DNA of 63,996 nucleotides, filler included, from Circinaria calcarea (lineage: Eukaryota): assembly GCA_051942165.1 (NCBI GenBank). It is 5 parts of 5 records of this genome, joined end to end, with 100 filler letters (N's around TTAATTAATTAA, not from the genome) between each part and the next. Parts side by side here need not be neighbours in the genome. Positions count along the whole stretch, not along the records: positions 12,924 to 25,736 come from JAVECS010000537.1; 4 more parts are not named here. One strand, 5' to 3'. Below are positions 12,924-25,736 of the stretch, piece after piece. The notes beneath the pieces are model-generated. The model saw only the letters and a list, made by a program, of their open reading frames with translations, did not search any database and had not been told where the DNA came from. A program made the translations under genes and the position numbers. The first letter of the stretch is position 1. The number at the start of each line of letters is the position of its first letter.

Positions 12924-14009
12924 GTGTTGATTTTGGGGGGGGGGTTATTTTTTGGAATGGGGATAAGATGGGATGGTAATTCGTAAGGGAAGAGTGGGAT
13001 TTTTAAAGAGTGCGAGATGAGGAGAGGCTGTAGGAAGGAAGGAAGAAGAAGTAGGGATTTATAATTGCTGCGATAAAGGGGGTTTGGTGGCGTGTGGAAG
13101 AACGGTAGGGGATTTCATTGTCTAAAAACGAACAATAGACTTTCTTTGCTGGAAAATAATGGGGGGCATTTATTCCCTTTAACCTCAACCTTGTGAGCGG
13201 TAGATGCTGCATTGTTGCATCATTCCCAACCAAGGTCCCCTCCCCCCTTCTTTCCTTGCCCTCACCTCCTTGTCATTTCTCACTCTCACTTTCCCACCAT
13301 TTGGCGAACCCCCGAGATCTGGGTCGTGAGGAATCACTCCGTTCTGGGGTGATTTTATTTCAATAGCTGCTGAAAGCTGAATCTGAAAGCGCTTTCCGCT
13401 TTCATTTTATTCATGCATGGGGTTTGTTTTCCTGAGGAAGGGGGGGAGGGGGTTGGAGATGTCACGGAGGTCTCTCCCTCGCCGGGACCTTCCTTCACAC
13501 GAAGGACTCTGTATACGAAGAACTCTGTATATCAAGTAGCCACGAGAGACAAGTAGCAAAGTAGCAATAGCGGTAGAAAGCCATCTCATCTTCACCCTCC
13601 ACCACAGAACAGGAGAGACTGTGTGGAAAGGGAAAATAAGGGAATCGGGGAAAGGCAATCGGGAGAAGGGAATCAAGGAAAGGAAAAAAAGGGCAATGGG
13701 GAGAATAGAAGGAAGGAGGGAAAGAAAAGGGGGAATTTATGGAGGAGACTAAGCTAGCCTAGCTCAGCCCGACATGCCTATGGTAGGTTTGGTGGAAACA
13801 CGGAGACCATTTTGTCTCGTCAAAGGTTCAAGAGGGAAATGTTTAATGTGACATTGACACGACCCGACCCATACTGTAGGCAAAACTCCGAACCCTGACG
13901 GCTATGGATGAACCTATATACTCACAACGCACTCGTCCTCTTATCTGAGGCGGATTCTAGAATTCTCTTTCAGCAAATCAACTTCATCCAACCCACCCAA
14001 CCTCTCCTT

Positions 14010-17000
14010 TCACCTTTCAACGAGATAACCCAGCAACCTCCTTCCCGTAAACCTGCCATCGAAGACCGGTTGCAAGTGATCGAATTGGGAGAGCTCGTCC
14101 CAGTTTTCCATTCCCGTTTTTGTTCGCTCCTCTGCTTCTTTTCCCATGTTTTGTTTTTCCACGCCCTCTTTCCCCTCCACTTCCTTCCCCACTTCTACGG
14201 CCACGTCCGCTTCCACGGGACTCAATGGCAGCAGCCTCCCTAGAACCTCTCGAGCCTTCGCCGCTAGCTCCTGTGCTTCTTCTAAACCTTTGTCCTGTTG
14301 GGTAAGGATCTGTGAGAGGTGGAATTCCGCTCGCGCAACGGCAGCTTCGGACCAAGAACCAGGGCGGGAGTAAGAGGAAGTGAGAGCATGGCGAATAAGG
14401 CCTCTAATTAGAGTGGTTAGTCTGATGCTGGGACTTTATGGATTGGAGAAGTGCACGAGGGTACGCACTCAGCTTCAGGCAGATCTCCCGAATAATCGTA
14501 GAGTGCCCCCACCGCGTAGTAACTCTGCAGGGTCAAAAAGCTGAACTTGCCATGCTGTTTCAGACGCGAGTCTAGCACTTCCTTGTTCAAGTCCATAGAT
14601 CTTTGAAGGTCGCCGCTCTGCAGGAGAATGCAGGCGAGGTCGAATTTGGTCTTGTTGGTTGCGGAACTTTGACCTGTGGCGAGAGTAATGCAACGGAGGC
14701 CTTCTTCAGCGAGTGCAATTGCGCTGGCAAAGTCTTTGCGGTAGAGCCGGCAGAAAGCGGTGTGGTGGTTGTACTTGTAATATTCGTAAGGGATTTCGGC
14801 TTCGGTGCCCCATCCGTGGTATTTGGTAAGGCATTGCCGGAAGATGGGTTCGGCTTCTTGGTATTTGTTGTATTGGAGGAGGACGCAGCCGTAGTCTGAC
14901 CAAGCATTGTGGAGAAGGATGTCCTGGTTTCTGGTGACAGTTTCTGGGTTGGCTGGGTTCATACGGTCTTTCCTAATCTGCAAAGCCTTCCAGATACGGT
15001 CTTTACTCTCTGCGATATTACTGACTCCATAGTCCTGTAATAGGAGGGCGATTATAATGTGGATATTGGCTTCAAGCTGACCTTCATGGCTGTCTAGCTT
15101 CTTTAGTATGGCTTCAGCTGATCTTAAAAGGCGAAGCCCTTCGCTTGTCATTCCACGTTCCCAAAGGTTGATTCCTCCATCGGACAGCAGTTGCGCAAGT
15201 TTCATAGAAGGCATAATAGATGGCAAGGTTTCGATGACGATTTTCTGGATATTCAATACGTGGGGCAAATATTCTCTGCAAGCGGGCCAGTCTTCAGGGC
15301 TAGGGACCTGGATAGGTGATGGTAGAGGAAATCTTTTACGGACCAGGTCAAAAGCCTGCGCAAACACTTCCTCCCGTTTTTTTGCATCCTTGTCCAAATC
15401 TTGTAGAATTTTCCCCTGGAGTGATCTATGTATGCTCAAAACTTCCTCATCGTCCTGGCTCTTGACCGTGATAAGTCTTCTACGACTCAATTCCGTTATC
15501 ATCCTTTTGTATCTGGAGAATTAAATGTCAGCTTTTCTATGAGCTGATTGCCTAACCTATCGCTAAGGTCTCGAACCTGAAACTTTGATCTGAGTGTAGA
15601 AAGTCCAACGAAGGTTCCTCGTGCTCACCAACTAGTAGCTTTCGTTGAATGGTTTCACTATTCAAAAATGCTAGGATATTCAGTAATTCGCGCGCATCCA
15701 TAGTAACCTCACGTAAGCCAATGTTCCATACGGTCTCAAGTGCTTTATCAGTTGCCAAGGCGAGCGGATTCGTAACTTGTGAGGACGTCTTTGCATGCCG
15801 ACGCCGTTCATTCCACAATTGCACAAAGTCTGTGAGAGTACATTTCGATACTTGAACGTAACCGGCAATATGAGCAAGGGCCAAAGGAAGTCTTTCCGCA
15901 AGACTCGCGATCTCTCCCGCCAGCTTGTACTCGGGATGCGATATCAATCCCTTGTGATCCAAGCCCGGCTGCATCGATAAGAGTAACAGTCGTCTGCTCT
16001 CCTCCAAAGTCAATGCTCCTAGCTCAATGGTGTGGCATTTCGGTGATAAGGTTCTGCATCGTAGATCAGGCTTTCGAGATGTTATCAGTACTGATCCATG
16101 TAAATTAAGAGGGCCTATTGGCATATACTCCTGAATATCAGACCATGCGTTCACGTTATCAAAGACTAGTAGCCATTTTTTCTCGGTCTGCTCCAGGAAC
16201 TCTCTACCCAGTGTAATCAGTCGATCCTGGTCGTACAAAATATCATCATCAGTCACAACCAGTTGGGTCGCAATGAGGCTGTAGGTATCTGCGCAGCTGA
16301 TAGCTGTCTCCGCAGCTATCCAGAATATGTACGAGAACGCGGCCTCGTAACGGTATGTGTACTCTATAGCCACGCCAGTCTTTCCCATACCACCTGCTCC
16401 TGTGAGAACGCAGGTATTGCCAGGGACGGAGAGAATCTCGTGTAGCTTATCAATGTCTTTGTTCCGTCCAATGAAATCAGCGTTCCTTGGGGGCGGCTTT
16501 GTCCGGAAAGCAGGGAGTGGTCTAAATGGATTTTGTACTTGGCTTGGCAGATTAGTCCCAGGGGTCTCATTCAGAGGACTTAGGAGCTCGTTTTCGACCG
16601 GTAGAATCTCCTGCATGGACTGGTCTTCCAAGAATGTTTGTACTTTTGTCTTCCATAAGTCTCCATCAGCCTGGTTTGCGGGCTGCTTTTCGAGAAATGC
16701 CCTGACCTTCATCATCCACGAATCCCCTCTTCTTTGCATTGGAGGTCGACTAGGGCGAGTAGAGGCTGCGGGCTTCAAATTGGAAGGCTTTGGGTTTCGA
16801 ACCATGACCTCTTCATCCGAGTCTTCTGCAAACGGGAGATTTGAACCAGCCGAATCATTCTCCGCTGGTTCTTGCGTCGGCTGCCAAATATAACCACGCT
16901 GCTCTTCGACGAAGTCATGAAGAAGTTCGAATTTGTTCCTGTTCTCAGAGGCGTTGTCATCGAAGAAAGGGGAGAGGACCTCCTTCTCTAAACCATCTTC

Positions 17001-18562
17001 ACTCTGAATGGACATTAACGCTAATTGCTCCATATGATCTGCCATATGTTCCTTGAGAAGTTCAGTCTTTACGCTGGAGTATCCGCAAAATGGACATGGC
17101 TGATAGGGTGGTGTTTCCTCGGAGAGTCTCTCGCACAGTGAAACCATAATTGACATGCCACTAGCGTCAATTGTGGTCTTGTGTTTTTCAGTAAGATGTA
17201 ACTCGAATTCTGCCTTCTTTTCAAACTCACGGTTGCAAGCTTGACAGAACCAGACCTTGCAGAGTCGATGGTTGTCGATTTCGTGCTGAAACCATTCTTC
17301 TCTTACACCAAAAGTCTTATCTGCTCGTATGCAGTCATCAAATGTGCATAGATAAGGTTCTAGATCCATCAAGACGTGTTGAGCCCAGTCTCTTTCCGAG
17401 GCAATCTGAATTCCGACGACTACCTCTTGACCACAAAAACGACAGGTGAACTCGCTCCCAGATCTGAGCATGACGGGAGGCTTGGGTATTTCGTACCGGA
17501 CCCATCTAATCACCTGGTCTGAGTTGGCTATGGATATTGCAGAGTCGCCACTAAAGTAATTTGGTCGTGAGAATATAGTATCGTTGACAGATGATGGCCC
17601 CGCTTCGGAGGTGCTTTGGCTTATGATATTGCCATACGATGGAAATCCAATTCTGTGAGAAGGTCTCCTGAAACTGGAAGTGGAGAAGAAGCCGGAGTCA
17701 CGGTCTTGCTCATGGTTTCGTCTTCCTTCTTGCTTTGACCACAAGGTCTGACGATCTGGCAGCTGCAGCCCCTCCAGATATTGCCTTCTTTTCCAATTGG
17801 CAAGTCCGAGTCGACGGGTAAGCGATGGCGCCGCTTTGGGGAACATCTTTCTTGCTAGGGCAATATCTGTGTCTGCTTCATTTTGAGATGCATTTACTCG
17901 GTATAAATCTTGAGGTGCTGGATCTTGGAGTGCTGGGATTAGTTTGATGAGACAATTGACACTCTCTTCGATGTCTTCTATGAGTTGCTGAGGGCTCGTC
18001 TCAGAGCCTGAAGAAGACCTGCTGAGCATGAAGGGTTCGGCATCTTCTCGCTGTAAGTTAAGGTTGTCTATACGATTTGTCGGAGTCCTAAGCAGTGGAA
18101 TCGAACCGTCCTGGAGACTGCCACGTGCTACGGCAGTCGCGTAGATGTTAGTCCTTGTCCAACGAGTAAGGGGGATGATTATATATCGCCACAAGAGATA
18201 CTGGTAAATTTATCAACGAATACAATGACGCCCAGTTCATCTAAGATCCCAGAGGGTCTCTAGCATGTAATAGTGTACTTGTAAAGTCATAAAGCTATCA
18301 ATCTCTTACTTTCATGAAGCGTCGAGAGTAACGTCTCAAGCATATTCTTTGTAGCATCTTGTAGTCGGGAGGCCTTCCGTAGAATATGGTCGAGCGAGCG
18401 ATCTGAGGCTCCTGTATCATTTCCCCACTCCCGGAACTTGCTGAAGGAGGCGTCTAGCATGAAGTGTTGAAACCTCCATGCATCTTCGTTGGCCTCCATT
18501 ATGGTGCACAGCTCTGCGAAGGACTGGAGGCAATCCTCAAAAAGGGCGGCGATAGGAGCCAT
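14010..18562 (-). CDS. NLR-like protein: N-terminal helical domain + C2H2 zinc-finger cluster + NB-ARC + TPR; multi-exon
   Basis: Exon 1 MAPIAALF..FREWGNDTGA..SLDHILRKAS. The 880-aa ORF has CRFC, W..HV..DLEPYLCTFDDC, WFQHE..H, WFCQAC..F..HL..H and CPFC..HMADH, then Walker A GAGGMGKT, Walker B LLVFDN, ITSR and LPLALAH. TPR-like exon 15502-14466. A last exon of about 14405-14010 (EAAVARAEFHLSQIL..FDHLQPVFDGRFTG) is only partly shown in the ORF track. Confidence 0.88.
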
Positions 18563-19063
18563 CTTGTAGGCATGGCTCCTTTCATGATTCCGCATCCGTC
18601 CCAGCTCTTGCTTTGCCATGGTCATTGTAAAGAGACCGAAGTTTCCAAGTTCTAGCTGCCGGAGCTGAATCGAGAGGCTGAGCTCCTCGGGTTATGTACA
18701 AGCAGTCCAGAGGGGGAATCGATACGATGACAGTCACAGGATTGAAAGAGCCGGAGAATGGCGGGGTTATCCATCCTATCCAGATCGACCTTAGTACAGC
18801 AGCCATCACTCCCCGATAGATCTTAACGCTGCAAGGCTGGAAGCTTGGCGGAGGTTTGCCGAATCAGCCACCAAAACGTGATCTGGCTGCAGGATGCGGC
18901 GGGACGGGAAAGATACGACATTCAGTTACTTCGGAGGGGTCATGGTCCGTAGTGATATTGTAACTTCAAGCCTGTGTCGCAATTGGGGAGAGAGACCGAC
19001 GTTGCTCTCATCCGGCGACACCCTACCGCATCAATAGGCCCAGTTCAACACTGTTACAGCAAG

Positions 19064-20778
19064 ATGTCAGGCTTCGAAATTGTTGGTGTCATCCTAGCAG
19101 TATATCCCTTAATCGGGACCGCCCTGAAGGTATACCAAGCAACCAAGTCCCGGAGAGGAGCAGCTTCGTTGGCATTGGCCATTAGTACCGAGGAGATTAT
19201 TTTCAGCGAATTCGTTCAGAATCTGCTAGCGCCGAACGTCTCATCAGAAGCGGAGCTGGTTCGCCTTGCAGATCCGAGTTCCCAGAACCTCGAGTTGTGG
19301 AAAGACACCACGCTTCAGCAGAACTTACGGAATCGTCTAGGCCCAAGGAAAGCGAAAGTGGTCCTGGAGACGTTGTGTGAGATAGGGGAGTTGCTGAAGT
19401 CGTTGCAGGATGAGCTGTCTCACAAAGATCACGGAGTGGTAAGAAGAGTCGACGGGGAGACAAAGTGGATTTTTATTCGTTACGGCACCGCTGATGTATC
19501 GTGTAGGAGCTGCTCCGGAAGTTCCGTGCCAATGTTCGCGAGATCAAGCAGAGTCTGCCGCAATCCAGTCTGAGAGACCGGCTCGATAGCTTGACCAAGT
19601 ACAATTATCAGTTGAAACGCCTGATGACCGACCGCTCCTCTCCGCGCAATGTGACGTCCAAAACAGTGTCGGTGCCATCAAGACGTTACCTGCGGCGAGA
19701 TTCTAGCCACGTTGTCGATCTATACAATGTCATCTACAATGGGTATCAATGCAATTGCGATGTCCCCCATCTTGCCAATTTCGGCTTGCCCCAAATATCC
19801 GATCATTCTCAAACCGACAGTACCTGCTTGATCAACGATTGGCAGTTTGACCTTTTGTTCCCTATCGATGGCTCGGAGCCAGATGATGAACACTTCACGT
19901 CGGCTTCGGAGCTTGATCGGTTTATGGTGACCTGGTCCCAACTCAAAATCAATCGCGCCACGCCCGGGAGCCCAAAGAACGTAGCCAAGCAACAACTCCG
20001 ATCGATATCCATTTGTGAGTGCAGCGACGCTCGCCCGGCGGAACAGCAAGGACCGATTCAAGACTTGTGTGATCTGATCAAGACCCTTGATGCAAGCGTT
20101 CTGGCTGCGAACGCTCGTCTGGGCGTCTTACGGCTGAGGGAAAAACGATACGAGCTCCAGGCACCAGTCTCCCAACAAAATGCGGCCCCTCCACCCAGCA
20201 TGGTTTGCCTGGATGACCTGCTTACGGATCAACGCTTCTTAGTATCACGAAAAGAACGTATGAGTCTCGCGCTCCGGCTTAGCTATGCTATCCTACAATT
20301 CTACTCTACCCCGTGGATTGAGGCATGCTGGACTTGGAGGGATTTTTGCATCAACAAGCATAATGACTCGCAGTTGTTCATTTCCCGCAGGTTCTATTCG
20401 ACTCGCAGTCGTACGTCGGACCTGAGTAGCCGCAGATCATCGCTGAATTCAGGGTTTTGGGATATTGTCGGAGAGCCGATCCTGACCAGATTAGGGTTTG
20501 CTCTCATTGAGCTCGCCCTTGGTAGAAGGCTGGCTGAGCTGCGTCCGGAACATCAAGGGAGTGCAACGGATCCCGACGCGCTAGATTTCCGGACCGCCAG
20601 GAAACTGGTTGACGGTGGATACGTTATGCGGGAAGAAGGTCAACGGTATGAAGGGGTGGTGAAAGCGTGTCTCTATCATCAAATCGTGTCGAGTCAAGCG
20701 ACCTTCCAGGAGGAGGTTGAGCGATGCATCATTGAACCGCTGCATACCATGTGGACATCATCTTGGGGAGATCTATAG
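19064..20778 (+). CDS. HeLo-like N-terminus + DUF7580-type (kinase C-lobe-like) protein; 2 exons
   Basis: Starts MSGFEIVGVILAVYPLI; intron 19439-19506 splices in frame; CNC..H; SRKERMSLALRLSYAILQFYSTPWI..W; LGFALIELALG; Y..VVKACL. Confidence 0.82.
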
Positions 20779-21812
20779 GGTTAAGCCATGGCTCGGCTTC
20801 GATTTGAGTACGCGGGACCCCTATATCGAAGCCATCATGCTCGTCGGTGATTGCCACAGTTGGCACGTACGATAGCGCATTATGAATTGCATTGGCCAAG
20901 CGTAATTACCGAGTACCAATCGGGAGCTCCCAAGCGCGCGCTAGCCATCGATCCTCGGCAAGTGCGGGGTCGACAGTCTTCTCGAACATCTACTTGGTTA
21001 AGGTGCTCCCCTGCAGAAGATTATCAGCCTGAGATGGTAGTTTGCCGGTAGTGTGGTGATGGAGGGCAGTCTGCACGATTAAAACCCAGCCAACCTTGCA
21101 GTCTTTGAAGCACCTCAGCACCGCCGGGTTGAGTAAGTGACAGCAAGAGCAGGAGAGCAACAGTCGGCCATGGCAGGTAAAGCTGCCTTTCCTTCCGGAA
21201 GCGAGGAAACATGGTTGACAAAGCAGACACGGACGACTCCGCGAGAACGGATCAGGACTCTGAAGGTTGGATTCAGGAAACCATCGACGCATCCGAAAGG
21301 GATACGCGGAGGCAGCCGTGGAAGGCCACGTTTGCCAACACCGTCGATTGTGGCTTCGGCGACAGCATGGACCTCGTCGTGATTGAGAAGAGCAACGGCG
21401 GGGTGCCTGATCCGCTCTGCCCCTTCAAGACCCAAGGAAGCAGTCTCGCAGCATGAGGGATGGATCGAGGAACGGTATGCTATCAGGGAACAGCGTAATA
21501 AGGGCTCTCTGTCATAACTGATGCCGGAGACAGGCGAGGTTGAAAAAGCGGCCTGGGGCAGCGCTTTGGTTGAGGAAGGGTGGCCAAAGGAAACGGGAAA
21601 CGGGAAAACGAGATGCACCCACTATCCTCTCTCGCTCGCGGGAGATTGATCTTAGCTTTATTGGATCATTAGCAATCAGCGGCCCTTCTTTCTTCCTAGA
21701 CCCTGCTAGCTTGGATCGAAATGCAGCTAAGGCGAGCCTAATCGAGGGGGTGGGGGTGGGCCAAACGTAGAGATATACACAAACCATCTGTATCCTGTCC
21801 AGAACACTTGCT

Positions 21813-23029
21813 ATGGCAGCGCATGAGCTCCCAATCACCCTGAAATTCTTAAAATGGCAGAAGCTATACGAGACCGAGAAACCTTTTAAAATCTTCATCA
21901 ACGTCCCCAAAGACGCCCAAGACCCCCGGGATACCAATCTCGTATTCGAAAGCGTCAATGTTAGGGTACACAACGTTCGTGAGCATGTTGATGGTTTCTC
22001 GCTGGATAACAACGGTTTCATGTACCGGCAACATCTTACCCGGCTGAGTAATTTTACGGACCGGAAAAGCGTGGACGAGACTTACCTCCCCGAGATGGAG
22101 GCTCTTTTGAAGAAGGAGGTGGATGGTGTCGATCAGGTGTTCTTCTTTGATTGGAGGGTAAAACTTAAATCCCCGACCAAGGACAAGTAGTCGACTATAG
22201 AATCGCTAACGGACCCAGTAGCTACGCAAGAACGCGCCGGAAGTCGAAGGCACCGTCGTTGACATGAACGATCTGACCACATGGTTACGGCCTGCCGTCC
22301 ACGCCCACATCGGTGCCCTCTCCCCATCCGCTATCCGGAGTCCTTGCCGAAGTAAACTAATCCCGAGGAGATCAGAGCCCCGCCGCCGCTTTGAAAAGAA
22401 TCCAGCTCCAGCTCCCGGCCGAAGCATCCTACCTCCTCAAAGGTCGTGTCCGCATCATCAAGTACTTTCACCCTTCCCCCTTTCTTCTTCCCCCACTCCA
22501 ACTGACCAACCCACCTTTTCCTCCACCAACAGCATCTGGCGTCCCCTCATCCCCTCCGTGTCTGACTGGCCTCTCGCCCTCTGCGATGGGTCCACCGTTT
22601 CCCCCCACAGCCTCGTTGAAACCGATCACGTGCGCCGAAGCTACACGGGCTCGACCATGTATCTGATGCATGAGCCGCAGCAGAAATGGTACTATCTGAG
22701 TGGGCAGGGGAAGGCGGAGGTGGTGATTTTTAAGAATTTCGATTCGGAGCGGAGAGGGGTGAGGGCGAGATGTAAGTTTTCGACAGTGTTTGTGGTTGAT
22801 TTAAAGGGGCTACGCCTAGAGAATTGGGAGTAGGCTGCTTGATGGATAAAGATGGGAAAATATGCGGTGATGGATGGTTGATAGATGGCTAATCTCGATT
22901 GAATTAGATGCGCCTCATGCCTCCTTCCTGCATCCGGATGCAAAGGCAGACAGGCCGCCTCGAGAAAGCATCGAAGTCCGAGCTTTTGTCTTTACTTATC
23001 CTAAAGATATGAAGCTTCCGGATGCTTAA
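21813..23029 (+). CDS. AsaB/CmcJ/NvfI-like hydroxylase/desaturase (Fe/2OG-type); multi-exon
   Basis: FSLDNNGF, YLPEMEALLK, HAHI|DQS, N.WRPL..V.DWPLALCD, QKWYYLS.Q..EV.IFK.FDS, APHASF, RESIEVRAFV. Confidence 0.88.
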
Positions 23030-23824
23030 TTATAAGTTTCTATGCCTCGCTTGTCTTTTCAGATACAAGCAAAGACACGAAACCACCCCACTCTCAGCCT
23101 CAGTTGAGCGAGAGCGGAACACCGAAGGCGGGGCCCTCGTTTTTACTTCTAGCCTACAGATATCCAGCCTCCGAATTCTTTACCGCGTGTGACTCCATCT
23201 GACGGCCAACCTCAGCCTCCTCTTCCTCTTAATTTCCCCCGCAAACCAGAAAACTCCAGTGAAACCGATAGCGATAGCGATTTCTTTCAGACCACTTGGC
23301 CTCAATCCGGCGTGGGTTGCTACCCTCGTAGACAGGAGGGGAGGGAAGGAGGGAGAGGTTGTAACTGAGAGCTCCATCTCAGGGAGCGGGGCCGTTCTTT
23401 GCTGGAAGAAACCTCTGTAGGGAGGAAAGAAAAAGACTGGGGGAAGGGGGGGTAATTGGAAGATGGATGAGATCTTGGGGAGCACTAATACCTAACGGAG
23501 CTGGAAGCGCAGGATTCTTCGCTTCCAGCATTGCAAGCTGTCATGAGTGCAAATCTTGTTTATCATGTTACAAAGATATTCGATTGTTACGAAATACAAC
23601 CTCCTGCTTCGCTTGGCCTCGCGCCTGACGTAATACGCCTCTTCCTTGATCGCATCGCGTTCTGGTTTCAAGTGTGTGGGGCAATGATTATATGCGTTTC
23701 AACTATAGCCGTCCCTTGAATCTTGAGGATATACAAAGCTGTGATGCATGACTCTCCCGTCCGTCTTTGTGAATATGATGCATACAGCCCTCGATGGCCT
23801 AGTCATTTCAGCTGAGCTTACAAC

Positions 23825-25134
23825 ATGTCAGTTGTGCCAGGCTTTCTATTACATACGGGTGGCGTCGTAATTCCAGCTTTCCAAGTCGGAGTCCCAGACA
23901 CGTGGCACTGCCGCCCACAATACGGGGTTCGGCTCGGCGGTCAAGAATGCATCGATGCCATAATGCAAATGCCCCGCGGCGACAGGTCAATTGAGTATTC
24001 CATGGATGGGCCCGTGCGTGGCGATCATACTCTCCCCTGGAGCGTAAGGGCTAGTAAGTGATACAGGAACGTTTTGGGAATATAATCGGGTGGCGATACT
24101 GATGAGCTTGCAGATGATTGTCGAATCACGATTGAATTGGCTGGCCCTTCTCCTCGAACCAAGACGTATATTGCTATACCTGATGTGCTCCGTGGGGTGG
24201 CAGGTATATAACTGCAATCGAATCATAGCTATTCACGTTGATAATTCTACAACAGCCTGGTTGCTTGGCAAGTGTGTCCTTGACGAAGGTGGTCTGGGGG
24301 GATACGCAACCATGGGTTTTCAGGGCATATATAGCTATGTTCAAAACCCTGCTTTGGACCTGAACGGTCCCTGGCGTAAGTCAAAACCCCATTCCAGACA
24401 CGTCTGAAATACAGACTGAATCATGCTATGCAGCCACCTCGACCTCGTATCTTACAATCACCATCACGAGCAGGAGCAAACGCCGCTCGGGTGCAGGGGA
24501 TGCCGACCCGCTCATCCCTCTGCATTTGTATCTAGCTCAAGCACAATTCGACGGCTACCACCTGTCCAAGGAAACATATCCGTTTTACCAGGCCTTTTTG
24601 TCCATGTCACGCGCAATGCATACAGCAGGACGTCAACCGTGGTGGCAGCACCTATCCCGCTCACCCTCCCATCCGGATCAGATGACCTATGCCTGCGATG
24701 CCAATCTAGGTAGCCCACCCGAAGTAGATTGCTCTCGATTGGAGTACTCGGAGCTGGGTGCCCCATCGGATACGGTAGCAATCGTCCCTGGCATACCTAA
24801 GGTTCTCTTCTCCCAAGTCTGCACACTCGCAATTTCGTCCCCTATTCCTATCACCGTTACCTGGGCCCAAGTCAGCGCCGCTCTGGAGGCGTTGATAGGC
24901 ATTTGCGTTTCCGGACCTCTGAAAAGGACCGGGGGCAGAGCATACTATGCCGCCCAAGGGACGGTTATTCCCAATCGGGGAAGGCAAAAGAGATCGGATT
25001 CGCGAGTCTCGGGTATGTAGTCTTGGATCCACGAATATCGAAACGTACCTGAAATTGGTGCTGCAGTGTCCAACGCCCTTCCACCACATGTGAATCTCAC
25101 CCTCTACCAAACGGGATATTTTGTTCCCGAATAA
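23825..25134 (+). CDS. Cys-rich hypothetical protein with two similar C..LG.P...DC modules; multi-exon
   Basis: CRPQYG..L..QECIDAI..MP and YACDANLGSPPEVDCSRLEYS..CTLAI..W..V.AALEALI..C..GG; last exon NALPPHVNLTLY ends at TAA 25134. Start uncertain. Confidence 0.65.
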
Positions 25135-25692
25135 AGCGAGACCGATACAGCTTTTCGTGGACGGAGGCGGAGTCGACAGGTTAATCGGCATCACTAAAGT
25201 ATTGAGTGCAAGTCTCGTGTTGGAGTCCAGAACTTGAAAGAGGCGAAATCGGTGGAGTTCTCGGGCTTGATAGCCTCGCCTTGGCTTCCAGACAAACACC
25301 TCAGACCATTTACTCCCTCTCTCCCTCCCCCTGTTTCACAGCAAGGACCCTTTATCCTACCCATCTCCCTACTCGGTACCCACCAAGACTCCTGTCCCCA
25401 AACACGCAACACCTTACACATCGCAAGTATATCCAGCAACTTACACAACCCCCGAAACGCGCTTCCATCCCGAACCCGTCTATCGTACACACGAATATGT
25501 AAAAGTACACATCTTACCTACGCAACAGAATGTTCATCATGATCTTTCTGCCTTTCTTTTCCTTCTGGGCTCCTAAAAATTCTAGCAAAGCAAAGCGGGG
25601 GAGACTGAGGTATATAAAACGGGGATAGAGCAAAAGGAGCCGATTTAAGTTTTAACTATATATATCAAAGTTACCTCTCGACTCGAAATTAT

Positions 25693-25736
25693 TCCCAATC
25701 GTTTTACAAAGTATTCACTTTGTAAAACGATTGGGA
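25693..25736. repeat. Perfect 20-bp inverted repeat with 4-nt loop at the contig end
   Basis: TCCCAATCGTTTTACAAAGT-ATTC-ACTTTGTAAAACGATTGGGA. Confidence 0.93.

Noticed and set aside
14010..14373. Separate small ORFs or a transposon fragment
   Set aside because: The minus-strand frame continues the TPR protein after an intron (about 14465-14405); it is the NLR's last exon.
18310..18625. Amyloid signalling motif at the NLR N-terminus
   Set aside because: The sequence is helical and charged, with no G/N/Q-rich HET-s, PP or sigma pattern and no counterpart at the partner's C-terminus.
21024..21618. Overlapping short ORFs between the DUF7580-type and AsaB-like genes
   Set aside because: No recognisable motif or convincing splice model; cannot be supported.
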